NCBI GenBank assembly: GCA_002162925.1 | Contig: MABC01000070.1 | Coordinates: 15,689 to 79,688 of the forward strand | DNA length: 64,000 nt | Reading direction: 5' to 3' | Source: Thalassotalea sp. 42_200_T64 | GTDB taxonomy: Bacteria > Pseudomonadota > Gammaproteobacteria > Enterobacterales > Alteromonadaceae | Shown: one piece after another, positions 49,509-59,552 of the stretch | Numbering within the stretch: the stretch's first letter is position 1 | Layout of the letters: each line of letters opens with the position of its first letter | Translations under genes and position numbers: made by a program | The notes under the pieces: generated by a model | Databases searched by the model: none | What the model saw: only the letters and a program-made list of their open reading frames with translations | What the model was told of the DNA's origin: nothing

Positions 49509-51710
49509 TTGTGTTACTTTGTTATTGGCTCATTACTGGTGCACAGTTTAGTCATTCAGGCAGCAACCACACCAGTTGAATATCAGGCAAGCATTGATTA
49601 TCACAAAGTCAGTGCCGGCAATTTGTATTTAAAAAGTGATAAAGGCTATCAACACAGTTTAGTGTTAAGCAGTGATTATGTGGTTGATGTTAATGCCATG
49701 ATGGCGAGAGTAACGCTGACCCAAAGTTTTACCAATACTTCTACCGATTGGGTTGAAGGCGTTTATGTGTTTCCCCTTGCTAGTGATGTCGCCGTCGACG
49801 ATATGGAAATGGTTATCGGCGAACGCATTATTAAAGCGGAAATAAAGGAACGGTTGCAAGCTCAAAAATCCTATCAACAGGCAAAAAAAGCCGGTAAAAA
49901 AGCCAGTTTAGTCGAACAACAACGACCCAACTTATTCACCACCTCGGTTGCCAATATCCCGCTGGGCGAATCGATAAAAATTAAAATTAGTTACCTGCAA
50001 CAAGTGCCATTGTCGGATCATACCTTTAGTCTACGTTTGCCGTTAACGATCACGCCGCGTTATATTCCCCGGGAAGTCACTGAAGCTAAAATTAATTACC
50101 AGCAACAACAAACTGCCAAATTGTTAGAACAGCAGCAACAAGACATTAACTTTAGTCAGGGGGTGGGCTGGTCAGTAAACACTCACATAGTGCCAGATGC
50201 CTCGAAAATCACGCCGTTTCAAATTGCTGACCACATGGGACAACAGGCAAGCATCAAGGTTAACTTAAATATTGGCTTGCCAATCGCTGGCATCACTAGC
50301 CGCTATCATCAAATAAACCAAAATCAGCAGCATGATAACCAAACGATCCGCTTGGCTGAGGCAAGGGTGCCGATGAATCGAGACTTTGTGCTTAATTGGC
50401 AAATCAAAGAAAATTCACTGCCACAAGCGGCATTTTTTACAGAAAGCAAACATGGCTATGATTATGGCTTACTGATGTTAACGCCACCCGCGGCGCCGCA
50501 AACTTTGGTTCGTATCCCCAAAGAAATGATCTACATTATCGATACGTCCGGCTCCATGGGCGGGGTGGCAATTAAGCAGGCAAAGCAGGCATTGGCATAT
50601 GCGATGAAACAATTATCGCCTCTGGATAAGTTTAATATCATCGAATTTAACTCCACCTATACTCAGTTATTTAACCAGCCAAAATCTGCCAGTGCGAGCA
50701 AAGTAAACACCGCATTAAACTGGATTGACCGATTAGAAGCCAATGGCGGCACCGAAATGTTGTCTGCATTAAAAGCGGCTACAGGTGTTAAGGCATCAGA
50801 CGGCTATTTTCGGCAAGTAGTGTTTATCACCGATGGCAGTGTTGGCAATGAAGAGCAGCTATTTAGAGTAATTAAGCATGAACTCTTTGACTCTCGCTTA
50901 CATACTGTCGGCATAGGTAGCGCTCCGAACAGTCATTTTATGGAAAGGGCGGCGGAACTGGGCCGAGGATCATACAATTACATCGGCAATATTGCTGAGG
51001 TGAAACAGAAAATGGCCGAGCTGTTTAATCGCATCAGCCAGCCAATGCTAACGGATATCATCGTTACCTGGCCGAGCAAAAATGTCGAACTATTGCCAGC
51101 GAAAATTGCCGATTTATACGCCACCGAACCCTTAATCATCAGCGCCAGGTGGCCGAGTGTTGAACAAGCCTCTACGAATTCAGGCAAAGGCTTAACCATT
51201 AATGTCAGGGGCAAAATCAATCAACAGCAATGGCAGCAAAAATTGTCAATTAATCATGCCGCTCAACAATCTGGCATAGTCACCTGGTGGGCCAGGCAGA
51301 AAATTAAGCAATTAAACTATCAGCTCTATGACACGTATGGCACTTTTGACAAGAACAAAAAACAAGCCATCATTGAGCAAATAACCGCTGTTGCCATTAA
51401 TAATCGGTTATTGTCTAAATACACCAGTTTTGTCGCCGTTGACAAAACCCCGAGCCGAAAACTGGCGGAAATATTAAAAACAAAACCTGTCGCTAATGCG
51501 ATGCCGCAAGGCTCAACACAAGCGATCCCGATAGCCAATACCGCAACCTCAGCAAACCTGCAACTCAAGGTTGGTTTGTTGATGCTGCTGATCACCGCAT
51601 TATGCATGTTGGCCAAACGTACCCAGCGGCAATATCTTTTATTGATGCGAAAAGAACCGCTAAAAATCAAACAAACCGCTATGCGTAAAAAAGACGTAAA
51701 TCATGACTAA
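49509..51710 (+). CDS. Marine proteobacterial sortase target protein (VIT + vWA); 5' start uncertain
   Basis: VIT (VEGVYVFPL..LVEQQRPNLF), vWA MIDAS DTSGSM, FITDG, SKYTSFVAVD, then IANTAT-TM-basic tail. The SD-linked ATG at 49372 is out of frame. Confidence 0.88.
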   Translation: MCYFVIGSLLVHSLVIQAATTPVEYQASIDYHKVSAGNLYLKSDKGYQHSLVLSSDYVVDVNAMMARVTLTQSFTNTSTDWVEGVYVFPLASDVAVDDMEMVIGERIIKAEIKERLQAQKSYQQAKKAGKKASLVEQQRPNLFTTSVANIPLGESIKIKISYLQQVPLSDHTFSLRLPLTITPRYIPREVTEAKINYQQQQTAKLLEQQQQDINFSQGVGWSVNTHIVPDASKITPFQIADHMGQQASIKVNLNIGLPIAGITSRYHQINQNQQHDNQTIRLAEARVPMNRDFVLNWQIKENSLPQAAFFTESKHGYDYGLLMLTPPAAPQTLVRIPKEMIYIIDTSGSMGGVAIKQAKQALAYAMKQLSPLDKFNIIEFNSTYTQLFNQPKSASASKVNTALNWIDRLEANGGTEMLSALKAATGVKASDGYFRQVVFITDGSVGNEEQLFRVIKHELFDSRLHTVGIGSAPNSHFMERAAELGRGSYNYIGNIAEVKQKMAELFNRISQPMLTDIIVTWPSKNVELLPAKIADLYATEPLIISARWPSVEQASTNSGKGLTINVRGKINQQQWQQKLSINHAAQQSGIVTWWARQKIKQLNYQLYDTYGTFDKNKKQAIIEQITAVAINNRLLSKYTSFVAVDKTPSRKLAEILKTKPVANAMPQGSTQAIPIANTATSANLQLKVGLLMLLITALCMLAKRTQRQYLLLMRKEPLKIKQTAMRKKDVNHD

Positions 51711-52443
51711 GGTGAAGTTTATTCCGGTGTGTGACTTATCCACGATACGTTGTGATCAACAAGGACGTTTTAGTAAAAATACCGATAAAGAGAGCGGCAA
51801 GACTAAACGTTTCACTGTAAAGAGCGTGATTAAACTGTTGTTTGTATTATCAGCATTTGCGCTCATTTTTAATAGTATGTATATCCATGTCAAAGCGTAC
51901 ATGGCGCAGTACTTGTTAGCACGAGCATGGCAACACAATTCGGCTACGCATCAACAAAAACCGTGGCCATGGCTAGACACTTATCCGGTGGAAAAATTGC
52001 ACTTCCCCAGCCTTGGCGATGAGCATATTGTCCTCGCCGGCGACTCTGGGCAAGCGTTGGCATTTGGCCCAGGGTTAAGTCATTTAAGTGTAAAACCGGG
52101 AGAGCCCGGCACCATAGTTATCGCCGGGCATCGAGATACCCATTTCAACACCTTACAATATTTAAATCCAAGTGAGCAGATAGTGCTGGAAAACGCCGCA
52201 GGCGAACAGCATCATTATCAAATTGACCATATTGGTGTACTCGATGTTAATGAAGATGAAATATTGCAAACTTCCTATGAGCGCTTAGTGTTAATCACTT
52301 GCTACCCTTTTGATAGTGACACCACTGGTACTTCGCTTAGGTATGTGGTGCAAGCGACGTCGATTGCCCAACAACCGAAAAAGCTATTACTGGCCAAGCA
52401 AGGTCGCCAGGAATACTTGCAAAAAGCGACAATTAATTTCTAA
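51703..52443 (+). CDS. Class GN (marine proteobacterial) sortase
   Basis: KAYMAQYLL..AW, KPWPWLDT, LAFGPG, AGHRDTHF, LITCYPF, catalytic R in LRYVV. Confidence 0.92.
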   Translation: MTKVKFIPVCDLSTIRCDQQGRFSKNTDKESGKTKRFTVKSVIKLLFVLSAFALIFNSMYIHVKAYMAQYLLARAWQHNSATHQQKPWPWLDTYPVEKLHFPSLGDEHIVLAGDSGQALAFGPGLSHLSVKPGEPGTIVIAGHRDTHFNTLQYLNPSEQIVLENAAGEQHHYQIDHIGVLDVNEDEILQTSYERLVLITCYPFDSDTTGTSLRYVVQATSIAQQPKKLLLAKQGRQEYLQKATINF

Positions 52444-52529
52444 TTTTGAGTTTATATTTTTTAAAATTGACCGTGAGTATTACTTTTATGTTGAATATTT
52501 AAGTGCATCTTGTTAACGTTAGGTTAATT

Positions 52530-52543
52530 TGTAAGCGCTTACA
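52530..52543. promoter_or_regulatory. LacI-family operator
   Basis: Perfect palindrome TGTAAGCGCTTACA; one-mismatch copies at 60934 and 60994. Confidence 0.85.
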
Positions 52544-52565
52544 TTTCTGCTGAAGTGATACCCAT

Positions 52566-53664
52566 ATGACGGAACAGACGAAAAAGTTTTCCCTTAAAGA
52601 AAGTGTTGGCTATGCCTGCGGCGATGTTGCCAGCAATTTTTACTGGCGCGTGTTCGATGTGTTTCTTTTCATTTTTTATACCGACGTTTTTGGCCTTTCA
52701 GCAGCTGCCGTCGGTACCATGATGTTAGTAACGCGTTTAATCGATGCGTTTTCTGATCCTATGATGGGCGCTCTGGCCGATAGAACGAAAACCCGCTGGG
52801 GTAAATTCAGACCCTATTTGTTATGGGGCATCATTCCCATGGTTGCCGCCGGCGTGTTGACCTTTACCGTGCCAGATCTCGATGATAGCGGCAAATTGCT
52901 TTGGGCGTATGCCACCTACATTTTTATGATGCTTGCCTATACCTTCATTAATGTGCGCTATGGGGCGTTACTTGGGGTGATCACTGGCGATAGTCAACAA
53001 CGCACCACGCTGACCAGTTTTCGTTTTATTGGCGCATTTTCAGGTGGCAGTTTAGTCGCCTATTTGACCCCAGAGTTAGTGCATTGGTACGGCAACGGTA
53101 ATGAAGTATTAGGCTGGCAATTAACCATGCTCACTTACGGTGTTGCTGCCGCGGTGTTGTTTGTTATCAGCTTTATCACTACCACTGAACGTATTCAGCC
53201 CATTGCCAGCAAAAGTACCCCGGTTGCTCAGGACATAAGAGATCTATTTGGCAATAAGCCCTGGCTTATTTTATTCTGCTTAGCCTTGATCGTCATGATG
53301 ACCATTACCTTGCGGGGCAGTTCCGGCACGTTTTATTTTAAATACTTTGTCGGTCGTGAAGATCTGATTGGCAGTTTCTCTCTGGCTTATATGCTGGCAC
53401 TAGCCGTTGGTGCGGCATCAACGCCGCTGCTCACCAAGTTTTTCGATAAACGCACGCTATTAACGCGGTTAATGATAATCTAGCGAATCTGAACATGGCA
53501 TCGTCTTATTGATGACATTGTTGCCGGCATTGTTTGCGTTATTTTCGGTGTTTATCATACGTTTGTATCCACTCAACGATGAAACCGTGGATGAAATACA
53601 AACCAGCTTGACCAGGCAAAATCTGGCAACACAACAATTAGCAGGAGCCACGAATGAAGGGTAA
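52566..53664 (+). pseudogene. GPH-family sugar:cation symporter with an internal deletion
   Basis: GYACGDVA, DRTKTRWGKFRPY; frame stops at 53483, but the last helix (SEHGIVLLMTLLPA..YPLND) resumes in another frame up to 53664. Confidence 0.85.
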
Positions 53665-56289
53665 TAACAATATCTTCGCCGCGTTTGCTATCAAGCCAGG
53701 GCGACTCACCCTTGATTGTCCGTTAAGCATGCCTGAGGCGGGCAGCTTTTTATGGAATAAAGTGATGATGTTGCAGTTAAATAACCGGGGTTATGCTGTC
53801 GGCCAATTTATGCAACCGGAGCCAAGTAAATATTCGTTTGCGCCAAATCTGGAAGCGAAAACGTTTATGCAGCCAGAGCATAACTATTATGCCAATCATC
53901 CGGGCCGCTTCTTCTATATCAAAGATCACGACAGTAATCACAGCTTTTCGCTGCCTTTTGCGCCAAGTAATAAAAAACTGGATAAGTTTTGCTTTTCTCC
54001 GGGGCTGGACCATATTCAATGGCAAGTAGAGCACGATAATTTACAGATAGAAATTACGGTGAATTTGGCTACCGAGCAAGCCATAGAAATGTGGACCTGT
54101 ACGCTAAAAAACCTGGATAACCGATCCCGAAATATCAGCATATATCCCTGTTTTAGCATTGGCTATATGTCATGGATGAACCAATCGGCAGATTTTGACC
54201 AAGAGCTTAATGCTATTGTCGCATCCGCCATTACGCCTTATCAGCAAGTGGCGGATTATGCTAAACAGCAGCACTTTGCCGACAAGACTTATTTACTGGC
54301 TGAGCAACAACCAACATCCTGGTGTTGTAATCAAAAAGCGTTTGAAGGCATTGGTGGTATGGCATCCCCTGATGCGATTAACACTGAGCTGTTGCGACAA
54401 GAAAACGCCTTGTATGAAGTGCCCATTGCCGTAATGCAATATCAATGTGAGTTATCGCCTAAGCAGAAAATCAGCTATCGCTTTTTGTTCGGACCAGCGA
54501 AAGACAAACAGCAAATCGCGAGTATTAAGCCGCAATTTTTTCAGAGTCAGAATGGTTTTGCCAATGAGCAAAAGGCTTATCAGAGCTACATTGCTAAAGG
54601 CACCGGCAGTATTGTTATCGAATCAAATGATCAGGTATTTGATCAATTTGTCAATCTCTGGCTACCTCGGTAAATGTATTATCATGGCGATGTAAACCGG
54701 CTTACCACCGACCCGAAAACGCGCAATTATACCTGCAAGATAATTTAGGTATGACTTACATTAATGCCAGCACGGCAAGAGCCGCATTTTTAACAGCATT
54801 AAGCCAACAATCTCGCACTGGCGAAATGCCCGACGGTGTTTTAATTCATAAAGATGCGACCCTAAAATACATCAATCAAATACCTCATACCGACCACTGT
54901 GTGTGATTGCCTATTTGTCTGCAAGCCTATTTAAATGAAAGCAATGATCTCAGTTTGTTAGATGAGTTGCTTGCCTTTAACGATAGTGAAGAACAATTAA
55001 CGGTTAAGCAGCACATTGAATTGGCTCTGGACTGGTTACTATATTGTCGAGATCCACGGGGCTTGAGTTACATCAATCAGGGCGATTGGTGCGATCCGAT
55101 GAATATGGTGGGCCATAAAGGACTCGGCGTTTCCACTTGGCTAACGTTAGCAACCGCTTATGCAATCAAGGTTTGGCAACAAATTTGTGAGGTATATCAG
55201 CTTGCTTTGGATAATAAATACGTAAAGGCAATCGCCGATCTCAATAACGCCGTTAACCAGCACTGCTGGGATGGTGCCTGGTACAGTCTCGGGATAACCG
55301 ATGATAACGTCAGTTTTGGTATTGCCAGTGATACTGAAGGCCGGATATTTCTAAACCCAAAATCTTGGTCTATGCTCTCTGGCGCAGCTAACACAGAAAA
55401 ACAAAAATTGTTAATCACCGCCGTTGAGCAGCAATTAGACACGCCATTCGGGGTGATGATGCTGGCGCCAAGCTACACCAAAATGCGTGAATACGTCGGC
55501 CGGATCAGTCAAAAATTCCCCGGCAGCGCTGAAAATGGCTCAGTGTATAATCATGGTGCGATTTTTTATGCGTTCAGTTTATTTCAAATCGGAGAGGGCG
55601 AGAAAGCGTTTCAGGTAATGCGTAAAATGTTGCCTGACGATGACTATCTCCAACGTGGCCAATTGGCGAATTTTATTCCTAACTATTATCGCGGCGCTTA
55701 CCATCAGCACCCAAGTAGAGCGGGGCGCTCCAGTCAACTGTTTAATACCGGCACTGTGTCATGGTTTTATCGTTGCGTGGTAGAAGGCATTGCCGGCTTG
55801 CAAGGTGAAAATAGTGAACTGATCATTCGGCCGCAGTTGCCAGAGAAATGGCATAGCTTAAAAGCCGAAAAGCAATTTTCTGGCGCGACTTTTAGCGTGA
55901 AAATCAATAAATCAAAAAATGCCAAACAACAAACTATCCGCCTCGATGGTGTCGAATTAGCTGGTGATCGGATCAAAAATATTGTCGCCGGTAAACATTA
56001 TCAGGTGAAGATAACTCTTGCCGCTGCAAAGCCGTCATCTAAGCTGACCATAGTGATGGGGGTGAGTGGTTGTGGTAAATCGTCAATAGCTAAGGCTCTT
56101 GTCGAGGAATTTGGCGGACATTTTTTTGAGGCCGATGATTTTCATTCCGACTCTGCCAAATTGAGCATGAGCAAAGGCATTGCCTTAACCGACGCGCAAC
56201 GTGATCCCTGGATATCTGCGATGTGCGCAAAACTTGCCGCAGAATTTGAACAGGGTAATGATTGCATGCTTGCCTATTCAAAACCTTGA
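53654..56289 (+). pseudogene. GH94 cellobionic acid phosphorylase fused to a C-terminal gluconokinase domain, disrupted
   Basis: [49 protein letters not shown], then in frame IVMGVSGCGKS..EADDFH..MSKGIALTD.QR.PW. Stops at 54671 and 54904, +2 frameshift at ~54730, kinase truncated at ~56281. Confidence 0.85.
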
Positions 56290-57038
56290 TATATGGCTGC
56301 CTGGGTTTTTGCTCACCATTGCTGGCGCAAGCTGAAACGGTGCAGGTGCTCAAGGCAAAGCAACCAATAACCATAGATGGTAAGGCCAACGAAGATGACT
56401 GGCTGCGATCGCAATGGTGGCCTTTAGATAAACACATCTTGGGTGAAAATCCGCAAGCCGATGATTTTTCCGGACGCTACAAACTGTTATGGGAACATGA
56501 CTATTTATACCTGCTGGCAGAAATAACCGATGACATGTTGTTTGATCAATTTGCAAACCCGCTAGAGCGCTATTGGGATGATGATTGTCTGGAAGTGTTT
56601 ATCGATGAAGACGCCTCTGGCGGCGAGCATCAGTTTAATTTTAATGCTTTTGCCTATCATATCGCACTAGACAATCAGGTAGCCGATATAGGCCCGAATA
56701 ACGCCGATGGCAGCACTAATTTTGTGTTATTGAATGAGCACGTTAATAGTCGCTGGCTTCGAGTGCCGCAACATCCCAATAATATTATCTGGGAGTTGGC
56801 CATCAGTATTTATGATGAGACATTTACGCTACCGGTAAGTAACCCGGATAATAAAAAATTGCGGCTTAATGCGGGGAAAACTTTGGGCTTTATGCTGGCC
56901 TATTGTGATAATGATGGCAGCAAGGAGCGTGAACATTTTATTGGTTCACACTCTATTAAAGCGGTAAATGGCGATAAAAATTTAGGCTACATCGACGCCA
57001 GCGTGTTTGGCAAAATAACGCTAGTAAACAAACCTTGA
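56262..57038 (+). CDS. Exported CBM9/DOMON-like sugar-binding protein; native start probably lost
   Basis: PITIDG..W, YKLLW..YLYLLAEITDD, DDCLEVFIDED, GFMLAYCDND. Confidence 0.8.
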   Translation: MHACLFKTLIYGCLGFCSPLLAQAETVQVLKAKQPITIDGKANEDDWLRSQWWPLDKHILGENPQADDFSGRYKLLWEHDYLYLLAEITDDMLFDQFANPLERYWDDDCLEVFIDEDASGGEHQFNFNAFAYHIALDNQVADIGPNNADGSTNFVLLNEHVNSRWLRVPQHPNNIIWELAISIYDETFTLPVSNPDNKKLRLNAGKTLGFMLAYCDNDGSKEREHFIGSHSIKAVNGDKNLGYIDASVFGKITLVNKP

Positions 57039-57064
57039 TTAGACCCAAGTTTATAGAATGACTA

Positions 57065-58072
57065 TTATTTCAATTCTGGAGTGAATTCAATCGAGTTGCG
57101 GTCAATTAATTTCGGTTCAAACACGTTTTGAATGTCAATATCCTCAACTTTATAGACGCTTTTTAAAATGATCTCGGCAGCGGTTTTGCCCATGCTAAAT
57201 GCCGAGTTGTCTATCGTGGTGAGTTCAGGATAAAGGTAACGGGCAAATGTTACGTTATCAAAACCGACAACAGATAAATCATTGGGCAACACCAGACCAC
57301 ATGCTCTCGCCGCTTTCATCGCGCCTGAGGCCATTTCGTCATTACCACAGGCTAAACCAGTAAATCTGATCGATGTTGACATTAATTGCCTGAAACCATC
57401 TCGGCCATCGGTCTCTTTAAAGTTGCCTTGAAAATACAGGGCGTCATTAAATTCTATGCCGCTTTCTGTCAATGCACGTTGATGGCCGACAAACCGTTCA
57501 TGCGAGTCCGCTTTCCAATCCGGGCCACCGATATAGGCAATACTTTTATGGCCTTTATCGATTAGTGCTTTCGTGGCTAAGTAGCCACCTTGTTCATTAT
57601 CCAGGCTAGTGCAAAATTCGGCCATGGCATCCACTTTGCGGTTGATCAACACCGTGGGGATGGTTGTGCTCAATTGCAGCAAATATTCATCAGATACCGA
57701 GTCTACTTGTAAAATTAGGGCATCGCAGCGACGACTGATCAGAAATTCAATACATTGCTTTTCTTTCTCTTCTTCACTATGGCCGGAGGTGATAATAACG
57801 TGCTTATTTGCCAGTCTTAATTCGTTTTCTATGCCTTCCATTACTTGTCCAAAAAATGGACCATCTAATTCAGACACCAGTACGCCAACACTGTTAGTAC
57901 GATTGGATGCAAGAGATTGGGCGATGGCGTTCGGTCGATAGCCAAGTTCTTCCATGGCTTGCAATACCTTAGCGCGTGTTTTATCACTCACTTTGGTATT
58001 GTTATTCATTACTCGCGAAACCGTTGCCAGTGAAACACCTGCCAATTCCGAGACTTGATAAATTGTTGCCAT
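57065..58072 (-). CDS. LacI-family transcriptional regulator (BglR-like)
   Basis: MATIYQVSELAGVSLATVSRVMN HTH, YRPNAIAQSL, SVVGFD. Confidence 0.93.
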   Translation of the reverse strand: MATIYQVSELAGVSLATVSRVMNNNTKVSDKTRAKVLQAMEELGYRPNAIAQSLASNRTNSVGVLVSELDGPFFGQVMEGIENELRLANKHVIITSGHSEEEKEKQCIEFLISRRCDALILQVDSVSDEYLLQLSTTIPTVLINRKVDAMAEFCTSLDNEQGGYLATKALIDKGHKSIAYIGGPDWKADSHERFVGHQRALTESGIEFNDALYFQGNFKETDGRDGFRQLMSTSIRFTGLACGNDEMASGAMKAARACGLVLPNDLSVVGFDNVTFARYLYPELTTIDNSAFSMGKTAAEIILKSVYKVEDIDIQNVFEPKLIDRNSIEFTPELK

Positions 58073-58165
58073 TAATCGCTAATCCCTAGTGTTACCAATA
58101 TCAAATAATCAGTTGATATATTACAAATTTACCTATTACAGCACTGTAACATAACCGTAAGTAAG

Positions 58166-59494
58166 TTAACCAGTAGAGTGATTAAGTTGCTGATGTATTT
58201 CTTCTACTTTCTTATCATCAAGAATGTACCAGCGCATCACAATGGCTACCGCTATTGAGCCCACTGCCGGAAGGACAGTAAAGGATAGTAAAATACCATC
58301 TTTGGTTGCCTGGCTTTGTTCAACATCGGGTTGATAACCATAATAGGCGAGTGACCAGGCGGCTAATGCACCGCCTAAGGCAAGACCTAATTTAATGAAA
58401 AACACTACCGACGAGTAGACGATGCCGGTGACACGGATCCCCGTTTTCCAGTGACCATAGTCTATGGTGTCCGCCATTTTTGCCCATAACAATGGGGTGC
58501 CCATTTCTAAGAAAAAGCGCCATAAAAAGAATACCACAAAGGCTAAAACTACTTGTTCATTGCCAATGAAGTAACTGCCCGCACAAATGATCGCCGCGAT
58601 GGTTTGCAAGGTAATGTAGGCTTTAATTTTACACACTCGTTTTGCTAAAGGTTGCGCTAAAGCGACACCGGCAATACTACCAATCATCCCTAAGGTAATG
58701 AATGCAGACACTAAATCTTCACGACCAAGAAAGTATTTAACGTAATAAACGGAAAGAGAAAAGCGCAGGATTTGACCGGTCAGTAATGATACCGCGGCAA
58801 CGCAGAGAATACGCCACTGATCATTTTGCCAAAGCGATTTGAAATCCTCTTTAAAACTGGACTGCTGATTGACTGGCGTGGTGATCCTTTCTTTGGTACC
58901 GGCGAAGCAAAGCAAGAACATTACCACGCCCATGATGCTCATCACTATCATGGTATATTGATAGCCTTTGGCGTTATCGCCATTGCCGAAATATTCCACC
59001 ATTGGCATAGTACTAGCGGCGATAAAAGCGCCGCCTAACATGGCAAAGATGAAACGATAGGTTTGTACCGTGACTCTTTCTTTTGGATCTGCGGTTAATA
59101 CACCGCCAAGCGCTGAATAGGGAATGTTTATCGCGGTATACACCATCATCAACAACGTATAAGTGACAAAGGCATAAATCAAGCGGCCGTTCTCAGAAAA
59201 CTCTGGGGCAGTAAACGCTAACACGCTGATCACACCAAAAGGCAGCGCTAGCCATACCAGATAAGGCCGATATTGACCATATTTGGTACGAGTTCTATCG
59301 GCCACAGCGCCCATCAGTGGATCGGTTACTGCATCGATCACCCGCACTAAGAGAAACATCGTGCCAACAACGGCCGGCGCTAAACCAACAACATCGGTGT
59401 AGTACACTAACAGGAACATCATTATCGTTTGCCAAATGATATTACTGGCGCAATCACCTAATCCATAAGCAACTTTTTCTTTTACTGATAACAT
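58166..59494 (-). CDS. GPH-family glycoside:cation symporter
   Basis: KEKVAYGLGD, DRTRTKYGQYRPY, INIPYSAL; about 12 TM helices. Confidence 0.92.
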   Translation of the reverse strand: MLSVKEKVAYGLGDCASNIIWQTIMMFLLVYYTDVVGLAPAVVGTMFLLVRVIDAVTDPLMGAVADRTRTKYGQYRPYLVWLALPFGVISVLAFTAPEFSENGRLIYAFVTYTLLMMVYTAINIPYSALGGVLTADPKERVTVQTYRFIFAMLGGAFIAASTMPMVEYFGNGDNAKGYQYTMIVMSIMGVVMFLLCFAGTKERITTPVNQQSSFKEDFKSLWQNDQWRILCVAAVSLLTGQILRFSLSVYYVKYFLGREDLVSAFITLGMIGSIAGVALAQPLAKRVCKIKAYITLQTIAAIICAGSYFIGNEQVVLAFVVFFLWRFFLEMGTPLLWAKMADTIDYGHWKTGIRVTGIVYSSVVFFIKLGLALGGALAAWSLAYYGYQPDVEQSQATKDGILLSFTVLPAVGSIAVAIVMRWYILDDKKVEEIHQQLNHSTG

Positions 59495-59552
59495 TACTAC
59501 CTCTTTATCGTCTGTACTTTGTTGTTATTATTATTAATAAGTATGATTGTCT

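Noticed and set aside
54671-54906. Stop-codon recoding (TGA read as Trp or Sec) in the GH94 and TBDR genes
   Set aside because: The stops are a mix of TAA and TGA alongside frameshifts, and TGA terminates intact genes in this window (amgK, yefM).
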